From: Candidatus Cloacimonadales bacterium
GTDB lineage: Bacteria > Cloacimonadota > Cloacimonadia > Cloacimonadales > DAONDQ01
DNA length: 64,000 bases
Assembly: GCA_963662275.1 (NCBI GenBank)
Contig: OY759316.1
Span: 3,360,001-3,424,000 of the forward strand
Direction of reading: 5' to 3'
Part shown: one piece after another, positions 60,810-64,000 of the stretch
How positions within the stretch are numbered: the first letter of the stretch is position 1
How the letters are laid out: every line of letters starts with the position of its first letter
Made by a program: the position numbers and the translations under genes
The notes under the pieces: generated by a model
Databases searched by the model: none
Told to the model about the DNA's origin: nothing
The model's input: only the letters and a program-made list of their open reading frames with translations

Positions 60810-61145
60810 TTATGAGTCTTCAAAAAGCAGTAATTGTTCAGGATTTGTTTTTTCTCGGGTCTTCTTTTTGTTAAGAAGATGTACGATATCTCCAAATTGT
60901 TTGTCTGTAAATTCGATGATACTGACTTTCCCTTTTTCAGGAATATTAGTTTCAATTCGATTGTGTAAACTTTCGGTTCTTTCTCTTGTTCCACAGAATC
61001 TGGCATAGACAGAGAATTGACACATCTGAAACCCCTCCTTTTCCAGAAAGTGCCTGAATTTATTCGCTTTTTTCCTATCTGATGCAGATACAACAGGCAG
61101 ATCAAACATAACCATCATCCACATGAGTCTATATGCGCTTAACAT
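60810..61145 (-). CDS. cas2: CRISPR-associated Cas2
   Basis: YRLMWMMVMFDLPV, GFQMCQFSVYAR, FTDKQF. Confidence 0.97.
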   Translation of the reverse strand: MLSAYRLMWMMVMFDLPVVSASDRKKANKFRHFLEKEGFQMCQFSVYARFCGTRERTESLHNRIETNIPEKGKVSIIEFTDKQFGDIVHLLNKKKTREKTNPEQLLLFEDS

Positions 61146-62016
61146 CGAAGATGGGATACGAGATCGATACCTTTTTTCTTTTTAGGGAATTTGCAAACAA
61201 CATGACTGTTTTATCAATGCAGAATCGTACATGGCTTTCTTCTTTTTGGTAAGGTATAATCTCATCCAGCACCTGGATCAGTTCTTTCTTTGTGGAAGGA
61301 TTTAGTATTGTAAATCCATTCTCCCAAATTTCGAATACTTTATTATCCATGAATGGTCTATAAGGTTCCATTAGATCGTCAGCAAGACAGAATGGATTCA
61401 TCATGTTTCGATGATGAATGCCTAGTTCGGGTATTAGACCTGTTGCACTTATTGCTCTGCAGAAGGTAGCCCTAATAATGGCATAACCATAGTTCAATAA
61501 AGAATTAATTCCATCCTCGTCAGGGTCTCTCTTGAAATCAGAACCAAATAGTCTTTGCCAATATTTTCTGGCACATGCTGCCTCCACATTGGTTGTATCT
61601 CCAGAAAGAACTTTCTTTTCCAAAGCGGGAAATTCCCTAAAGGGCTTGTTTCGATAGCGAAGAACGAAGCCTTGATTTGCAATTTTTGCTTTGATCACAG
61701 ACTGCCATAAGTTTTTCTGAAGGGGCAGACTCGCTGCAAGCTGAGATTGTAATCTATCTTTACGATATACATTTTCTGCAGTGGATAGTAGTATTCCAGT
61801 GGGTACAGCATTCTTTCCACAGATGATGAGAGGAATGTTCAATTCATTCAAACGAATCAAAACTTGATTTGTTAAGAAAGCCCCAAATGAGTTTAATACC
61901 AGACAGTCGATATTATCGAGAGGTATTTCCTTGATCTCCTCATTTTCCTTTATTTGCAGAAAACCACTTCTGATGGAAAGGACAATTCCTTGCTTATTGA
62001 TTTCCACAACTTGCAT
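61129..62016 (-). CDS. cas1: CRISPR-associated Cas1 (type II)
   Basis: SGDTTNVEA, NSLLNYGYAIIR, LGIHH...NPFCLADDLMEPYRP. Confidence 0.98.
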   Translation of the reverse strand: MQVVEINKQGIVLSIRSGFLQIKENEEIKEIPLDNIDCLVLNSFGAFLTNQVLIRLNELNIPLIICGKNAVPTGILLSTAENVYRKDRLQSQLAASLPLQKNLWQSVIKAKIANQGFVLRYRNKPFREFPALEKKVLSGDTTNVEAACARKYWQRLFGSDFKRDPDEDGINSLLNYGYAIIRATFCRAISATGLIPELGIHHRNMMNPFCLADDLMEPYRPFMDNKVFEIWENGFTILNPSTKKELIQVLDEIIPYQKEESHVRFCIDKTVMLFANSLKRKKVSISYPIFDVKRI

Positions 62017-62018
62017 GG

Positions 62019-64000
62019 TTATTCCTTTTTTGGGTCAAAGACTCTGCCAAGAATATCTATTCCAGCTTTAGCAGCTTGCATTTGTAGTAATTGATTTGCA
62101 CTATATTTTTCCCCAATATCTTCTGAGCCCTTTTCCTTTTTTGCAGTGTTTAATTCTCTTAAGAATATCCTACCTTGGCTAAATTTCCTTACCCTCTTAA
62201 ATTCTCTTTTTCCTTTTTCGTTTGTAAACACGACGATATCGTTTTTATAAAGTCGCATAATTAATTTACCCATTGGGAATTCGTTTTTCCAGTCAGGAGT
62301 AAAATTACTCTTATGGGCTTTGAAACTGTTTACTACCAAATCCTTCCATTTTGATTTTGAATCAAACGGCTTTGGATTGTAAATATCGATAAACAGATTT
62401 TCATCTGAACAATAGTATTTGAATATATTGCCTTGCTTATCTTTTATAGGGATTAAGTTATTGGGATTGAGTTTACTCATGGTTTTCACTTTTTTCACGT
62501 TATGCTTCGTTGCCCAAGTTTTAACAGCCTGTTTGAATTCATCTTTCGATATATCTTTTCTGACAAAATCCATTAAAACATCTTGAATTGGCTGAGATAC
62601 TACTTCAAGTATTTGCTTTTCTGTTTCTAAGCTCATAATATCTACTTTGGAGGTGAAATATGCAAATTTCGAGTCATTAGTGTCAGTATGATGGAAAAAT
62701 AAAGCTGTTTCCTGCATCAAAGCACCTGCAGTCTGGTTTCTGGTAGCTAAAAGAGATGGATTCGGTTGGTCAGGTTTGAAAGAAACTTTGATTTGATCTA
62801 CTTTCTCTTTCACCATATCTAGATTAAATCCGTTCCAGGGGTATGGCATCTTTCCAATATATCTATCATCGCTAAAGCGCACAGCATCAGCATACTTCTT
62901 TACGATACTCCTCGAAGTGAAAGCAATTACCAAAGCATCAATTGCATGATGTCGATGGTCAGTTCTTTCTTTTTCGTTGGTTTCGCTTAAGATTGAATTC
63001 AATCCCCAATATCTTCTCAGTTTTGCTGTCAGTTGTCCAGCAGGACACCAGATATTATTACTACCGCATACATAACTGAGATAAGCTTTAGTTGAACGTG
63101 ACATATATCTTGTATCATTCAACATTCTTCCAAGAACAACTGCTTCATCTGCAAAACGTTCCATAGCATTAACCTGGAAACGCCATTTCTTATTATCAGG
63201 CAATTTATGTGCTCTCTCTAAGATCATCTCCCAAGAATAGCCATCATGGCTTTGCCCAAAGGCTTCATGTGGGCTTCTTTCTTTTTTATATTCGTTAGCT
63301 TGATGATAACAAAGAATCTTATTAGAGACGCTATCATCAAAAGTTCTGGATTTAGGAAGAATGTGATCAATCTGAACTTGTGGTTGATATAAGTTTGCTG
63401 CAGTTATTTGATTGCCTGAATAAACACAACATCTTTCTAAAGGATTTGAGGACATTTCTTCCCATAATTTGAACTTCAAACGGTTTTCACCATTGTTTTC
63501 AATATTCAGTTTTGCCAATTCTAAAGATATTCTCTCATTGGTTTTCGTATTCTTATTAATTTGCTTATTTATTTCTTTTTTCTGTTCTTCATTGAGTTTC
63601 AAATCACGCGCAAGCTCGATTACTATTTCTTTCGGTGCACCGTATTGAGAGCATAAAGCATTCAATATCTTACGTACCTGGTTCAAAGCAATGTGAACAG
63701 TCGGATTATTGATCTTACCGAATAGATCTGCATCTACATCATTTGAAATGCGTGCTAATGGCAATACACTACCTGGTAGTAACTCACCGTAATATGGTAA
63801 ATCACCTTTACAATAAGTAGGTTCGGTTGCGATGCCACTATGTTTGTATCCTGCTTCTATGCATGCCTCTGAGTAATTTAATCCTGCTTTCATATGAGAA
63901 ATTAGCTTTTGTAAGGCTTTCATACTCAAATTTCCATAGCTAAAGGGTAATTTGGCATTGAAAACTGAATTTGTTTCATCTGAAGTCAATCCCAAATTAT
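62019..64000 (-). CDS. cas9: Cas9, type II-C, C-terminal part (5' end outside window)
   Basis: NPTVH...IVIELARDL (RuvC II), CVYSG...IDHILP...DDSVSNK...N (HNH), DHRHHAIDA (RuvC III); no csn2/cas4 between cas2 and array. Confidence 0.98.
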   Translation of the reverse strand, partial: NLGLTSDETNSVFNAKLPFSYGNLSMKALQKLISHMKAGLNYSEACIEAGYKHSGIATEPTYCKGDLPYYGELLPGSVLPLARISNDVDADLFGKINNPTVHIALNQVRKILNALCSQYGAPKEIVIELARDLKLNEEQKKEINKQINKNTKTNERISLELAKLNIENNGENRLKFKLWEEMSSNPLERCCVYSGNQITAANLYQPQVQIDHILPKSRTFDDSVSNKILCYHQANEYKKERSPHEAFGQSHDGYSWEMILERAHKLPDNKKWRFQVNAMERFADEAVVLGRMLNDTRYMSRSTKAYLSYVCGSNNIWCPAGQLTAKLRRYWGLNSILSETNEKERTDHRHHAIDALVIAFTSRSIVKKYADAVRFSDDRYIGKMPYPWNGFNLDMVKEKVDQIKVSFKPDQPNPSLLATRNQTAGALMQETALFFHHTDTNDSKFAYFTSKVDIMSLETEKQILEVVSQPIQDVLMDFVRKDISKDEFKQAVKTWATKHNVKKVKTMSKLNPNNLIPIKDKQGNIFKYYCSDENLFIDIYNPKPFDSKSKWKDLVVNSFKAHKSNFTPDWKNEFPMGKLIMRLYKNDIVVFTNEKGKREFKRVRKFSQGRIFLRELNTAKKEKGSEDIGEKYSANQLLQMQAAKAGIDILGRVFDPKKE

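Noticed and set aside
59666..60874. ORFs 59666..60595, 59761..60024, 60058..60672, 60632..60874 with repeated peptides
   Set aside because: Translations of the 66-bp-period CRISPR array

Overview
A low-GC bacterial chromosomal segment, most consistent with Candidatus Cloacimonadota. This is inferred from four secreted proteins ending in the 'YPNPFNPxTxIxF...IYNxKGQxV...KxxLxK' FlgD-Ig/T9SS-like tail and from a methylmalonyl-CoA transcarboxylase-type locus. 1-9.5 kb is accessory: a partial tandem class III nucleotide cyclase, a type II R-M pair, and secreted beta-helix/GLUG proteins, one split at a G13 tract and one internally deleted. 9.6-46 kb is mostly core or metabolic: recG, two-component genes, rplM-rpsI-rpsB-tsf-pyrH-frr, a CBS-PPase, a membrane Na+/H+-type PPase, a CPA2-EIIA antiporter, carboxyltransferase genes, DUF134-NifX, a MalK-type ATPase, MFS and efflux genes, with several REP-like repeat families scattered between them. 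46-64 kb is a decayed BlaI/M56-TonB operon followed by a mobile/defence island. The island holds an IS1182, a three-gene operon (Pol-beta-like nucleotidyltransferase, unknown protein, DprA/SLOG-like protein), two diverged 1861-bp IS256/Mutator-like elements, and a type II-C CRISPR-Cas9 locus whose array is split inside a repeat by an IS21 that itself carries a nested IS. The best candidates for undescribed biology are the nucleotidyltransferase operon next to the array, an apparently recoded IS256-like transposase, a -35 box embedded in every CRISPR repeat, and a dispersed element with 11-bp-phased motifs. Family assignments come from motif recognition only; no searches were run.
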